NCBI GenBank assembly: GCA_965116795.1
Contig: OZ220716.1
Span: 1,514,503 to 1,578,502 of the forward strand
Direction of reading: 5' to 3'
Source: Gammaproteobacteria bacterium
Lineage (GTDB): Bacteria > Pseudomonadota > Gammaproteobacteria > JAJFKG01
Length of the DNA stretch: 64,000 nucleotides
Shown: positions 37,289-47,211 of the stretch, piece by piece
Layout of the letters: each line of letters starts with the position of its first letter
Numbering within the stretch: the first letter of the stretch is position 1
The notes under the pieces: generated by a model
Seen by the model: the letters and a program-made list of their open reading frames with translations, nothing else
Told to the model about the DNA's origin: nothing
The model's database searches: none
Translations under genes and position numbers: made by a program

Positions 37289-39253
37289 ATGGACCCAATA
37301 GCAGGTGCAAAGGCAATTATCATGGTAACAAAAGCCATCTATGACCATGCCCAATTGGTGCAGTGTAACAAAGCGCAGAGCAAACGGTTGGCGCAACGAG
37401 TAAATGTGATTAGCACGTCGATAGAAAAGTTGTTAAAGGAAGCCTCGAAAAGAGGTCCTAAGGCATCGGAAGTATATGCTGAACCATTAGCGGCATTTAG
37501 GGTGACGTTAGATGATGCGCTGGCACTGGTGCAAGGGTTTATTGACAAAAGTTGGATACGTCGCGTGGTGTGGGCGCAGTCGCATCAAAGTAAGTTCCAA
37601 TCAATTTATCATCGCTTAGAAGAAAACATGCAGCAGTTAAGTTTAGGGCTGAATATCAAGCAAGTATTGAATTATGAGGAAGACAAGCTAGACCAGAAGG
37701 AAGACTATCAAGCTCTAATGGCCCGTCAGGATGAAATCCTCAAAGGCAATCAAGAAGCCAATGCGGCGTTGCAACGTTTAGCGATGGATGATGCCAAACG
37801 TCATGAGGTGTTAGCCAAGCAGTTGCAGTCGATGCAATTGGTGTTGGCACAGTTAAACCCTACGAGTCAAAAGAATAAAAAAGCGGATATCAGTCCTAAG
37901 TTGTTGGTACCGTTTTTTGAGTTAGCGATTGATGAGCTATTAGCCGAAGGCAGTTTTGGTAAGGTGTACTTAGGGCGTTATCGTGAGCAACCGGTTGCCA
38001 TCAAGTTAGTAGAGCGTGAGTTAACGGTTGATGAGCGCAAAGAGTTTATTCGGGAAGTGCGGATAATGAAAGACTTGCGCAGTGATTACATTGTGCCGTT
38101 GTATGCAGTGTGTGATGAGCCCGGCAGAGCGTGCGTGGTCATGAAGTATATGGCACAGGGGTCATTGCGTTCGGTGTTAGACAGTGGTGTTGACTTAACG
38201 CCGAGTCAGCGCCACCCATTAGCGTTAGATGTAGTGTTGGGGCTGCATTACTTACACAGTGAAGGGATATGGCATCGGGACTTGAAGAGTGCCAATGTAT
38301 TGATGGACAGTGAAGGACGCGCGCGATTGAGTGACTTTGGGTTATCCAAGGGCAAAAGCAATATGGTCTCAACCATAGACAAGCACAGTGATGCGTTAGA
38401 ATGGATGGCACCGGAAGTGGTATTAAGTGGGGGTGATAAGCGTGCGTTTACGGCCGAAGCCGATATTTATAGCTTAGGAATGGTGTTATGGGAAATTTGG
38501 ACAGGTAAGAAACCGTATGTGGGATGTGATGATGGACAAGTTTACTTGAAGGTGAGTCAGGGTCAACGTGAACTGATACCGGAAACAGTGCCGGAAGTGT
38601 ATCAGGATGTAATTAAAGGGTGTTGGCAAGAGGATAAGTTCCAACGCCCTAGTTTAATCGACATGGTGCAACACTTACGGACGTATGAGCCACCGAGTCT
38701 AGTGAAAGTGGAAGAGTCTACGCCTGTCGCTAGTAACCAAGCGGGGTTTTTCTCAGCATCATCAAGCAGTAGCCGTAGTGCGCAAGGCGAGTTAGTGGTA
38801 GTCCCTAAGTTACCACCTAAAGAAGTGAAGAGATTATATACTATTGCTAACGACCGTGAGCAAGCCAAGGAATACGAAGAGGCGGCAGTGTGGTATCAAC
38901 AAGCGATACCGCATGGGGGAGATGTGAAAGCGAAAGCGCAAAGGAGATTAGGGATGTTGCATTTACAAAAGCTTAAGCCTGCGGATAAGGAGCAAGCTCA
39001 TATATTATTGCTGGAGGCGGCTGAAGGAGGGGACGTGTCGGCGATGTATAACGTAGCTAGGCAATTTGAAAAGGGAGATGGGGTTAAGCAGAACCTTGAG
39101 ACAGCACGCGAGTGGTATAAGAAAGCACATGAAAATAAAATAATGCCGCCCGATGAGAGTATGCGTAGCAAGCTGGATAGCAAGCTAGAATTGTTAGATA
39201 CATTGATATCGCAGTCACGGAGTGGGCCGAGTGGGGTGTTGGCGATGTCGTGA
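37289..39253 (+). CDS. MLKL-like protein: N-terminal four-helix bundle - coiled linker - kinase - Sel1
   Basis: IYDHAQLVQCNKAQSKRLAQRV..F..TL.DA..LV.GF..KSW..F..I..RL..LSLGL fits the MLKL N-terminal domain pattern; VAIK, HRDLKSAN, DFG, WMAPE; AAGGAG RBS. Confidence 0.82.
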   Translation: MDPIAGAKAIIMVTKAIYDHAQLVQCNKAQSKRLAQRVNVISTSIEKLLKEASKRGPKASEVYAEPLAAFRVTLDDALALVQGFIDKSWIRRVVWAQSHQSKFQSIYHRLEENMQQLSLGLNIKQVLNYEEDKLDQKEDYQALMARQDEILKGNQEANAALQRLAMDDAKRHEVLAKQLQSMQLVLAQLNPTSQKNKKADISPKLLVPFFELAIDELLAEGSFGKVYLGRYREQPVAIKLVERELTVDERKEFIREVRIMKDLRSDYIVPLYAVCDEPGRACVVMKYMAQGSLRSVLDSGVDLTPSQRHPLALDVVLGLHYLHSEGIWHRDLKSANVLMDSEGRARLSDFGLSKGKSNMVSTIDKHSDALEWMAPEVVLSGGDKRAFTAEADIYSLGMVLWEIWTGKKPYVGCDDGQVYLKVSQGQRELIPETVPEVYQDVIKGCWQEDKFQRPSLIDMVQHLRTYEPPSLVKVEESTPVASNQAGFFSASSSSSRSAQGELVVVPKLPPKEVKRLYTIANDREQAKEYEEAAVWYQQAIPHGGDVKAKAQRRLGMLHLQKLKPADKEQAHILLLEAAEGGDVSAMYNVARQFEKGDGVKQNLETAREWYKKAHENKIMPPDESMRSKLDSKLELLDTLISQSRSGPSGVLAMS

Positions 39254-39309
39254 AACTAAGACAGAGCCCCATGTTTGAGATTTAGCGAGCGATTCTCTGT
39301 GGGTAAACA

Positions 39310-39338
39310 TTGACAAATGTACGCCATTGGCGTATAAT
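39310..39338 (+). promoter_or_regulatory. Consensus sigma70 promoter with overlapping palindromic operator for the toxin-antitoxin operon
   Basis: TTGACA (39310-39315), 17 bp, TATAAT (39333-39338); palindrome TACGCCA-T-TGGCGTA at 39320-39334. Confidence 0.85.
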
Positions 39339-39344
39339 ACACCT

Positions 39345-39665
39345 ATGGTAATAAAAGAAACACATATTTTTACCCGAATTATTCAAAGGCTTATGACGGA
39401 TGGTGAGTACCGGATACTTCAGGAAGTACTGGTTGATAACCCTAAGTTGGGTGATGTTATCCGAGGTAGCGCAGGCTTGAGAAAAGTTCGATGGAAGATA
39501 CCCGGCAAGGGCAAAAGAGGCGGACTCAGAATTATTTATTACTATTTTGAGCAGGATATGCAAATTTATATGATTTTTGCTTACAAGAAAAATGAGCAGA
39601 GCGATTTAACGGCAGAGCAAGTTAAAATGTTGAAGAGAGTCGTAGAAGAGGAACTATTAAAATGA
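39345..39665 (+). CDS. higB: RelE/HigB-family toxin
   Basis: NPKLGDVIRGSAGLRKVRW..GKGKRGGLRIIYY..AYKKNEQSDLT; toxin-first gene order. Confidence 0.88.
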   Translation: MVIKETHIFTRIIQRLMTDGEYRILQEVLVDNPKLGDVIRGSAGLRKVRWKIPGKGKRGGLRIIYYYFEQDMQIYMIFAYKKNEQSDLTAEQVKMLKRVVEEELLK

Positions 39666-39955
39666 ACGATGATGACTTTAATAATCTATTGAAAAGTATT
39701 AGCCAAGCGGCTGGAATAAAGCGTGGTGAAAGGCGCCCATCCAGAAAATACGAGTTTAGTCCTTTAGACGTAAAAAAAATACGTGAGGATACTGGACTAT
39801 CACAGAGGCAGTTTTCAAAGGTGATACATGTCAGTATTAAGACATTGCAAAACTGGGAACAAGGGCGTCGCTATCCACAGGGGCCTGCATTAGCCTTACT
39901 AACAATCTTAAAAAAAGCCCCACAACAGGTTGTCAAAAGCTTAAATGGCAGGTAG
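39662..39955 (+). CDS. higA: HigA-type XRE HTH antitoxin
   Basis: VKKIREDTGLSQRQFS..TLQNWEQGRRYPQGPALALL; ATGA overlap with the toxin. Confidence 0.88.
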   Translation: MNDDDFNNLLKSISQAAGIKRGERRPSRKYEFSPLDVKKIREDTGLSQRQFSKVIHVSIKTLQNWEQGRRYPQGPALALLTILKKAPQQVVKSLNGR

Positions 39956-40597
39956 AGGAGATTTCTTTGCTTGGCTTCAGGTTGAAAAAGGCAAGCTCAA
40001 GGTGAGCTAAAAACCTGCCAGCCCAAGGCTTAGAGCTCAATATGGCCTCAAAAGCGACCAGCCCGCCTGTGGATAACTTTGAGCGATTGCAAAAAATCCA
40101 CAATAAAAGCTTATAGAATCATAAGATTACGAAAAAGACATTTTTAGCAGATTTTGGGTGCAGAGGTTTCTATGGCACGCCATTCACCTATCGCTAAACT
40201 TGCTATTGCGATTTTCAACATCCCGAAAAAGCCCAGAGATACTGGGGTTTTTGCCAAAAATCGTGGTACACGGGGCCTTAAAATTGAGGTGATTTTTCGA
40301 GGTTTTTTTCGCTAAAAAGGCAAAATCGCTAAAAGCGTGGTACTTTAGCGATTGGAGTACCGCGCTCTTAGTTTTTGATATTGTAGTGTTTTAGCTTGGT
40401 ACTAGTTGTCCTTGTCATTGCCCTCCCATAGACAGTAGCGCACCCCTGCTACCAAAACAACTAACCAATTGAAATAGTAAGAATAACTTATATAGGCAGG
40501 TAATTTGTTTAGACGTGTGGTTATTGTTTGGCACTGTAGATTTACAGTAGGCTCTATAAGCATATCGTCAATAATTATTACTATTAACAGAGCAAAG

Positions 40598-42685
40598 TTA
40601 GCCTGGATGAATAGCTAACTTAGCGCAAGAATGGCCGTTATCATGACTACTTGTTTCTTTAGCTTTAGATGACTTATGTGCAAAAAAAGCACTTGAGTTT
40701 GAATGAGTAAATTGAGCAGATTTAGCTGGTTTAGCGATGCTTTGCTCTTTCTCACTCAGGCCACAAGAAATTGATTTTAGAAGATGCTCTATAGGCTGTA
40801 AAGTTTTTCTTGAAGGTAGAAAATTTCTTGAAAATCGAAAAACAGTATAATTGTAATAATTCATCAGAACCCAATCACGAAATTGATCCTGAATACGAAT
40901 TTTGCCTAGTTTATAGTGATGTGATCCATCCGTTTCAAAGTTAACCTTCATAGAAGGTATAGCTAGATCAAGTGAATATGGTTCGAGAAAAAATTCTTGT
41001 TTGAGATCAGAGCAATATTGTGGGTGCAACAATGAGGCAATTTGTCTATAATTTCCCTGTTGGGCTGGCGAAATAGTATACTTTCCACTGTCATGCTTTT
41101 CTCTAATAATTTCTTTTAATTGATTCAAACAAATATCTATTTTCATTTTTAATACTAATTTAGCATATATTAAGCCTTCAAATAACTGAGCTAATTGTTT
41201 TGAATCAAGCTTAACAAAAACTTTAGGCCCTTTTTCAAATGGTTTAACTAATTGAATAATTAATTCTTTTGTAGCAGGTAGATTCAATATGGCAATAGCA
41301 TTTAATGCGCCAATTCTTAGGCTTAGTAAATTTCCCTGATAAATTTGTAAAAAAAGATCAAGGTAATCTAATAACTTTTTGTAAAGCGGCTTAAAATCTT
41401 TGTGACAGACATTTAGCCTAGGCAACTTATTGAAAATAGTAGTTAGTTCTACAATGCTAAGATCTCTACAAGTTCTAGCTGGTGGAATAAGATTATATAG
41501 CCTTTCAAGAAGCATTATATTAATAGTTTCTATTGAGTACCTGCTTTTTTCATTTTCTTGAATTAAGGATAAGGTATTTAAAAGTTCTATTATTAAATCT
41601 CGGCTTAAGTAACGTTTTTTGTTATTCCTTAATAAATTTTTTATTTCAACTAAATCTCTATAATGGATATATTTGTATTCATGAGCGTTTGTTTCAATGC
41701 AGCATAGCTGTCTAAGCTCTAGACTAATATCACTACGCGATGCCAAATATTTTTTATTTTTATGTATGAGCGTTTTATGTGCGAGTGATTTTTTACCAAA
41801 ACCTAAGTATCGATCTACTTTTTTTATTTGATGATGTGTTTTTATTACTTGAAGTTCTTTTTCCTTCTTCCTTTCTTTTGCTAACTTTATAGCAATACGT
41901 TGTTCTCTTCTCTGCTCTCTTCTCTGCTCTCTTCTTTCTTCCCTAATTTTTTGCAACTTTATGATTTCTAGTCTTTCCAGCTTTTTTTGCTTATTGTACA
42001 ATTTAATCATTTCTGGCTTTTTATTTATATGTGATTTACTATTTTTTTCTGCTTTTTTACCTTTTAGAGATTTAGTTTCTCTACGTTGCTGGTCGACAAT
42101 TATTTTATCTAGTATAGCAGCATGCTCAATTCGTGAGTTAATTATGTCATAGCCTGGCTCTAGTATTGCACCAGTATGAGCAATCGTGCGGGCTGTTTCA
42201 ACGATCCATGGACCACAATCAACATCGTTGTGTTGCAAGTGCACTTTGAATTCGACTATTTCACAGTTAGGAAAGACGCCATCACTCAATAGAGCCCTTT
42301 GTAAAATCTTGGGTAATGCATTTGCTAATGAGTCAAAATAATAAACTTGCGGTGATTCTCGTAGGTTATCAGGGTAAATAGCATAGACTAAGACCCAATG
42401 TCTGCCTCCCAAATTAACAGGAATAATTACTCTTTGTTTGATAGGGTCGCCTCTTTCTTGGCTTTTTGTACGTTCAATATGATAAGCGTGAAGATTTTCT
42501 CTTAATGTATTATTGCTACCTCCCCAATCTGTTCCTAACATCGGATCCAAATAAGCCATACTAGGATGTTCGCCGATATAGTAATTTAGCAACGCTATTA
42601 TTTCATCATCGTCATACCAATGATTATCAATTTCATGTGTTTGCTTGGCTGCTCGATTTTTTTGCTTCTTTTGCTTTCTTGCCAT
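40598..42685 (-). CDS. Ulp1/CE-clan cysteine protease fused via a charged helix and helical region to a RAP/PD-(D/E)XK-like domain
   Basis: IPVNLGGRHWVLV, YYFDSL, LQHNDVDCGPW (His-Asp-Gln-Cys); C-terminal QEFFLEPYSLDLA..KVNFETDGSHHY..RDW. Confidence 0.78.
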   Translation of the reverse strand: MARKQKKQKNRAAKQTHEIDNHWYDDDEIIALLNYYIGEHPSMAYLDPMLGTDWGGSNNTLRENLHAYHIERTKSQERGDPIKQRVIIPVNLGGRHWVLVYAIYPDNLRESPQVYYFDSLANALPKILQRALLSDGVFPNCEIVEFKVHLQHNDVDCGPWIVETARTIAHTGAILEPGYDIINSRIEHAAILDKIIVDQQRRETKSLKGKKAEKNSKSHINKKPEMIKLYNKQKKLERLEIIKLQKIREERREQRREQRREQRIAIKLAKERKKEKELQVIKTHHQIKKVDRYLGFGKKSLAHKTLIHKNKKYLASRSDISLELRQLCCIETNAHEYKYIHYRDLVEIKNLLRNNKKRYLSRDLIIELLNTLSLIQENEKSRYSIETINIMLLERLYNLIPPARTCRDLSIVELTTIFNKLPRLNVCHKDFKPLYKKLLDYLDLFLQIYQGNLLSLRIGALNAIAILNLPATKELIIQLVKPFEKGPKVFVKLDSKQLAQLFEGLIYAKLVLKMKIDICLNQLKEIIREKHDSGKYTISPAQQGNYRQIASLLHPQYCSDLKQEFFLEPYSLDLAIPSMKVNFETDGSHHYKLGKIRIQDQFRDWVLMNYYNYTVFRFSRNFLPSRKTLQPIEHLLKSISCGLSEKEQSIAKPAKSAQFTHSNSSAFFAHKSSKAKETSSHDNGHSCAKLAIHPG

Positions 42686-43303
42686 TTGTATTCTACTCCT
42701 CTTGGAAATGCCCTAGTTAATCTCATATTTCTGAATACTTATAGTTGTTTTTAGCTAAATGAAAAAATAGTTGATGCATTTATTTTCTGTAAGCTCGAGG
42801 CAAAAAAGACACTTTTTTGTTTGAAAATTGATTTAGAGGTCTAGTATATTTTGATTTAATGATTAATTATCATTTTCAGCTACATATTATCAGATGCTAT
42901 ATAACCCAGCAAATAAAAGTGTACTTGCTTATTTATGTCAAGCTCTAAAATACTACCACTTTCAACACAAATTACAACCGCTGCGCGCCAAGGAGGACGT
43001 TAGTCCAAGGCGCGTAGTCCACGGAAGGCGAGGCTTGTCATCACGAACGGAGTTGCCGGAAAGCCAACGCTCGCAGGCAAGCGAAGTAAGTGATGCCAAG
43101 CTATCCTCGGCGTCGAGTCAGTTGAGAGCCGAACCGCAGTGTGCGTCAGTACACGCAGGAATCGGTGACGAGGACGGCCGTGGCCACTTGGCTGTCGCGT
43201 CAGCGAGTTCGATTTTGGGCATGGATGAACAAAATCTTTCACGAGGTAGCGACACAACTGATATGAACTGTTTTTACAATACAGACGATATTCAAAAGAA
43301 AGG

Positions 43304-43726
43304 TTAGTTTAACTTAAAGCCAAGTTGTTGTGTCTTTCTTACTGCTTGAACATTCAACCGTGCGGCAACCTTCCGCAACGCCCACTGCCACTTCCGCAAA
43401 CCGGTCATTCTGTTGTAGCCGAGTTCGCGCGTTATCCTTTTCCAGCAGACGCGTTCAGCACGACGCCACACCAATTTGCGCTCATCAACGGTTAACCACT
43501 TCATCCAACTGAATGCCTGCTCCATTTTGGCAATCATTTCAGGGGTGGGTGGCAAACGTATTGGATTAGGTTCGGTGCAAGCGACTTCATAGGGCGAGCG
43601 CACGATTTCAGGCCACGCATTGACATACCCTTTTATGTTAACCGGTGGTAATCTGTGCATGGTAATCACAGCTTGCTCCAATTGTTTCGCCACCATCTCC
43701 TGCGTCCATTTGTGATAACGTGCCAT
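43304..43726 (-). CDS. Phage HTH protein (DUF6362 / sigma region 4-like late regulator)
   Basis: RLPPV..GY.NAWPE, WMKWLTVDERKLVWRRA..W..I..ELG. Confidence 0.7.
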   Translation of the reverse strand: MARYHKWTQEMVAKQLEQAVITMHRLPPVNIKGYVNAWPEIVRSPYEVACTEPNPIRLPPTPEMIAKMEQAFSWMKWLTVDERKLVWRRAERVCWKRITRELGYNRMTGLRKWQWALRKVAARLNVQAVRKTQQLGFKLN

Positions 43727-43732
43727 TGTTTA

Positions 43733-44245
43733 TTAAACCTTTGTACCAAACCCGAATTGTGCACAGGCGTAATGAAGTAACGCGATGGCATCACTTTCGT
43801 TATCATCTTCAGGATTGTAACCTAACGCCTGTACCGCATCGATGACAGCGGCTTTGTTAGCGTTACCTTTGCCAGTAATGAATTTCTTGATGGTGCCAAC
43901 GGCGACACCTTGGTACGGAATTCCATGACGCTCACACCACGATGTGAGTGAGCCAAGAAACCCACCGTACACATGCGCTGCATCCACACCTAAGTGGCGT
44001 CTGACTTCCTCGAAATACACCGTATCAATAGAGCCCATCACACTGCGCACTTCATCTAACCACTGCCCGAAGCGTAAGTATCGCATTCCGCCCCCGTCAA
44101 AACGTCGCGGTTGAAATGACATCACACCGCTAACCACATGCCCGTTTTGATTAGCCACCGCCCAACCGGTATGGGTACCTAAGTCCAAACAAAATAATAC
44201 GGGTCGCTCTATCGATTGCCTTTCCTTCATTGAATACGATTTCAT
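43733..44245 (-). CDS. Phage RuvC-like Holliday junction resolvase
   Basis: LDLGTHTGWA, GGGMRYLRF, YFEEVRRH, VGTIKKFITGKGNANK, DDNESDA. Confidence 0.85.
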   Translation of the reverse strand: MKSYSMKERQSIERPVLFCLDLGTHTGWAVANQNGHVVSGVMSFQPRRFDGGGMRYLRFGQWLDEVRSVMGSIDTVYFEEVRRHLGVDAAHVYGGFLGSLTSWCERHGIPYQGVAVGTIKKFITGKGNANKAAVIDAVQALGYNPEDDNESDAIALLHYACAQFGFGTKV

Positions 44246-45024
44246 GATATGTTCTCCTCATCGTCGTAAATCCATACAGTTTGATCTTCAACCGGTAACA
44301 CTGCCGCGGTTTGTTTGCATTTGTAATGGGTGGGATAAACCCGTTGTAATGTTGCGGTAATTTCTCCTGTCTTTGGGTTAACTTTTTCTTTACCCTTACC
44401 CATATGCATCTCTTCCACACACAAGAAGCCATACTTAGTCCGTGCTGGATTAGGCAGGCCATAGTCATTGGCATTTTTAAAAAACTTGACATGACCTTTG
44501 GTTGCCAATACATCTAATCTTCCGCGAATGGTATCGGTGCCACCCAACCCTGCGCTATTTTCAAAGGCCTGACAGAATTGGTTCATGGTGTATACCCGCC
44601 CTAGACGGGCTTGTTCATGAATGATTTGCAAAATCGCCTCTTGCTTACGCCTGCGTTCGGCATCTAATTTGGCGCTGTATTTATCTTTGATAAGTCGTTT
44701 GCTATTAGCCTCTAACTCGCGCCATTGCCCGTTGACTTTATCGATACATTTGCCCTCAACTCTTGAGCCGTTGCGCAACTCAAACAATAATTGCCGCCGT
44801 GATTGTCGCTCATCTTCTCGAAACAACATCACCCCCGTGGTGTAATAACTGCGTAAACTGCTGGCACCGGATAAGGCTTGGAAGGGATCTTCTGCTAACT
44901 GTTTTTTTTGCATCTTGCGGGTATGGTGTGCCAGGATGATCCCTGCCTCACCATTGACGGCTTCACGCAATGCGTCTAACCGATGTTGTAAGAAGAATAA
45001 CATCGAGGTGTTGTTGTTTTCATT
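44242..45024 (-). pseudogene. C-terminal half of a phage RepA-like AAA replication protein, 5'-truncated by IS66
   Basis: ENNN.SMLFFL..R...LR, ILAHHTRK, DPFQALSGASSLR, FELRNG; frame open up to the IS66 TIR. Confidence 0.75.
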
Positions 45025-45208
45025 GTATGCTTCCAGTACCGTTGCGTGACAGCCATCAATCTGTCAATTATTCTGTGTAGGGGCAATTTATTTTTTTGAT
45101 TTTGCCATTGTGCTTTTTTCCGACTTGCAATTTGAAAATAATGGGATCAGACTTGTTTCCAGGTCAGGTTATTTCTGACTGACCAATGGATGAAACAAGG
45201 ATTATGTT

Positions 45209-46842
45209 GTGAAGAAACCGGAAACGATTGATTTAAGCCATGCAGAAGCAGAGTCATTACTGTCACGACTTGAAACAGGTAATCTATCAGACACCGATCG
45301 CAAGCTATGCAGCAGTGCACTACGCATGGTATTTTGGTTGCAAGGTCAATTAACCGAAGCCAAACTCAGTATCCGTCGATTGAAGAGAATATTTGGGATC
45401 TGCAGCGAAAAACAGGGGTAAAAGGTACATCAACGTCGGCAAGTTCTTCTGACAAAGTGCCAAAAGACACTGACAACGTTAAGGAAGATGATGTATCTGA
45501 GCAATCAAACAAAGGGCATGGACGCTATAGCGCAGATGATTATGTTGCAGCAGAAGTTCACAAAGTGAGCGATGAACGTTACTACCCAGGTGCACATTGC
45601 TTACATGTTGATTGTAAAGGCCGTTTATATTTATGGAATAAACCATCAAAAGTGATCCGTTTGTTAGGCCAACCAATGGCGCGGGTTGTACGTTATGACA
45701 GAGAGGTCTATCGTTGCGGATTGTGTTTAACGTTATTTACAGTGCCGTTACCAAAAGAAAGCGGCAAAGATGTCTATAGCGATAGTTTCAAAGCGGTATT
45801 GGCGGTGAATCACTATGTATTTGGTTTGCCATTTTATCGGATAGCGAAGTATCACGAAGCGCAAGGCATTCCATTACCGACATCGAATCAATTTGCGTGC
45901 ATGGAGACGGTGTTTAATCACGTACTTCCTGTTTATCAAGCATTGCAACGTACTGCGGCCAACGGCGAGTTGGTCCAATACGATGACACCACAGCGAAGG
46001 TCCAAAGCCTCGTGTTAGAAAACCAGGCGCTAGAAGAAAAAGCACGTCGTGGCATATTTACAACAGCGGCACTATCAAAAATCGGTGATAACGAAGTGGT
46101 ATTAGTCTTTACAGGTCGCTCACATGGTGGTGAGAATATCACAGCGTTATTGCGCAAACGTGATACTGAGTTAGGGTCTGTTATTTTAATGTCTGATGCG
46201 CTGAGTCGAAACCGCATCAAAGACGAGTCGATTGCCGAACAGACGCAAGTTAGCTATTGTTTAACCCATGCCAGACGCTATTTTTTCGAGTGCAAAGACG
46301 TTTATCCGAAGGTATGTCAGCCAGTACTAAACTGGATTGGGCAAGTGTATCGACACGAGCGTCATTGTAAAACACATGGCTATACACCAGAGCAACGCCT
46401 GCATTATCATCGTCGTCATTCGAAACCGATAATGAAACAGCTACGGCGATTTTTAGAACAATGTGTTCGAAAACGCTGGGCGGAGCCTAACAGTAGTGCT
46501 GGCAAAGCCATCAATTATATGCGCAACCATTTTCGAGAGTTAACGTTATTTTTATCTGTTCTTGGTGCAGTGCTAGATAACAATGATTCTGAGCGTTTAA
46601 TTAAGATTGCACCCGTGATGTATCGTAAGAATTCACAACAATATCGTACCACTTATGGTGCTATGGTTGGCGACATGTTGATGAGTGTATTATTCACGGC
46701 GCAATATGCTGGTGTTGACCCAGTGGATTATTTACAAAGTTTATTGTTGCATAAAGATGAGTTACAACAGCGTGCTAACGATTGGTTACCTTGGCATTAT
46801 AAGGACACACTCAACACCAAGGCATTAGCCAAAGCGGCCTAA
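45209..46842 (+). CDS. tnpC: IS66 transposase TnpC (two ORFs, frameshift near 45410)
   Basis: Paralogue of 17041..18677; frame break at the same position after IFGICSEK. Confidence 0.88.
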
Positions 46843-47201
46843 GCCGCTTTGGCAGGTAGAGACTTCCAGTTTTGTTGACAATTAGCGGTAATGGGATTGC
46901 CGTTATACAGTAAGATATTCAGTGTGCTGGCAGTTAATTCAATCGTCGTGCAATTATCTTGTGGCCACCACTGAAGTCGTCCTCTGGACAGTCGTTTATG
47001 ACATAGCCAGAAACCTTGGCCATCGTAGGTCAGCAGTTTGATGGCGTTACGACGACGATTGGTAAAGACAAATACCGTGCCATTAAAGGGGTCATTGTAC
47101 ATGTTAGCTTGGCAGACTCGACACAAACCTTCGATACCGGCTCTGAAGTCCACCGGTTCTTTGGCTAATAAAATGCGGTGTTGAGGCGTTATTTGCAACA
47201 T
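46839..47201 (-). CDS. tnpB: IS66 TnpB
   Basis: Close paralogue of 16682..17044. Confidence 0.92.
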   Translation of the reverse strand: MLQITPQHRILLAKEPVDFRAGIEGLCRVCQANMYNDPFNGTVFVFTNRRRNAIKLLTYDGQGFWLCHKRLSRGRLQWWPQDNCTTIELTASTLNILLYNGNPITANCQQNWKSLPAKAA

Positions 47202-47211
47202 CCGTTTATCC

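Noticed and set aside
39960-40560. Short inverted motifs (GCGTGGTACT..AGTACCGCGC) as a recombination site
   Set aside because: No cognate recombinase or second copy visible; cannot be supported
40598-42685. Bona fide cifA-cifB pair
   Set aside because: No upstream cifA-like gene, reversed domain order and shorter length; only an analogy is claimed
42894-43307. 137-aa plus-strand ORF
   Set aside because: No recognisable motif or RBS; probably open by chance across the GC-rich palindromic element
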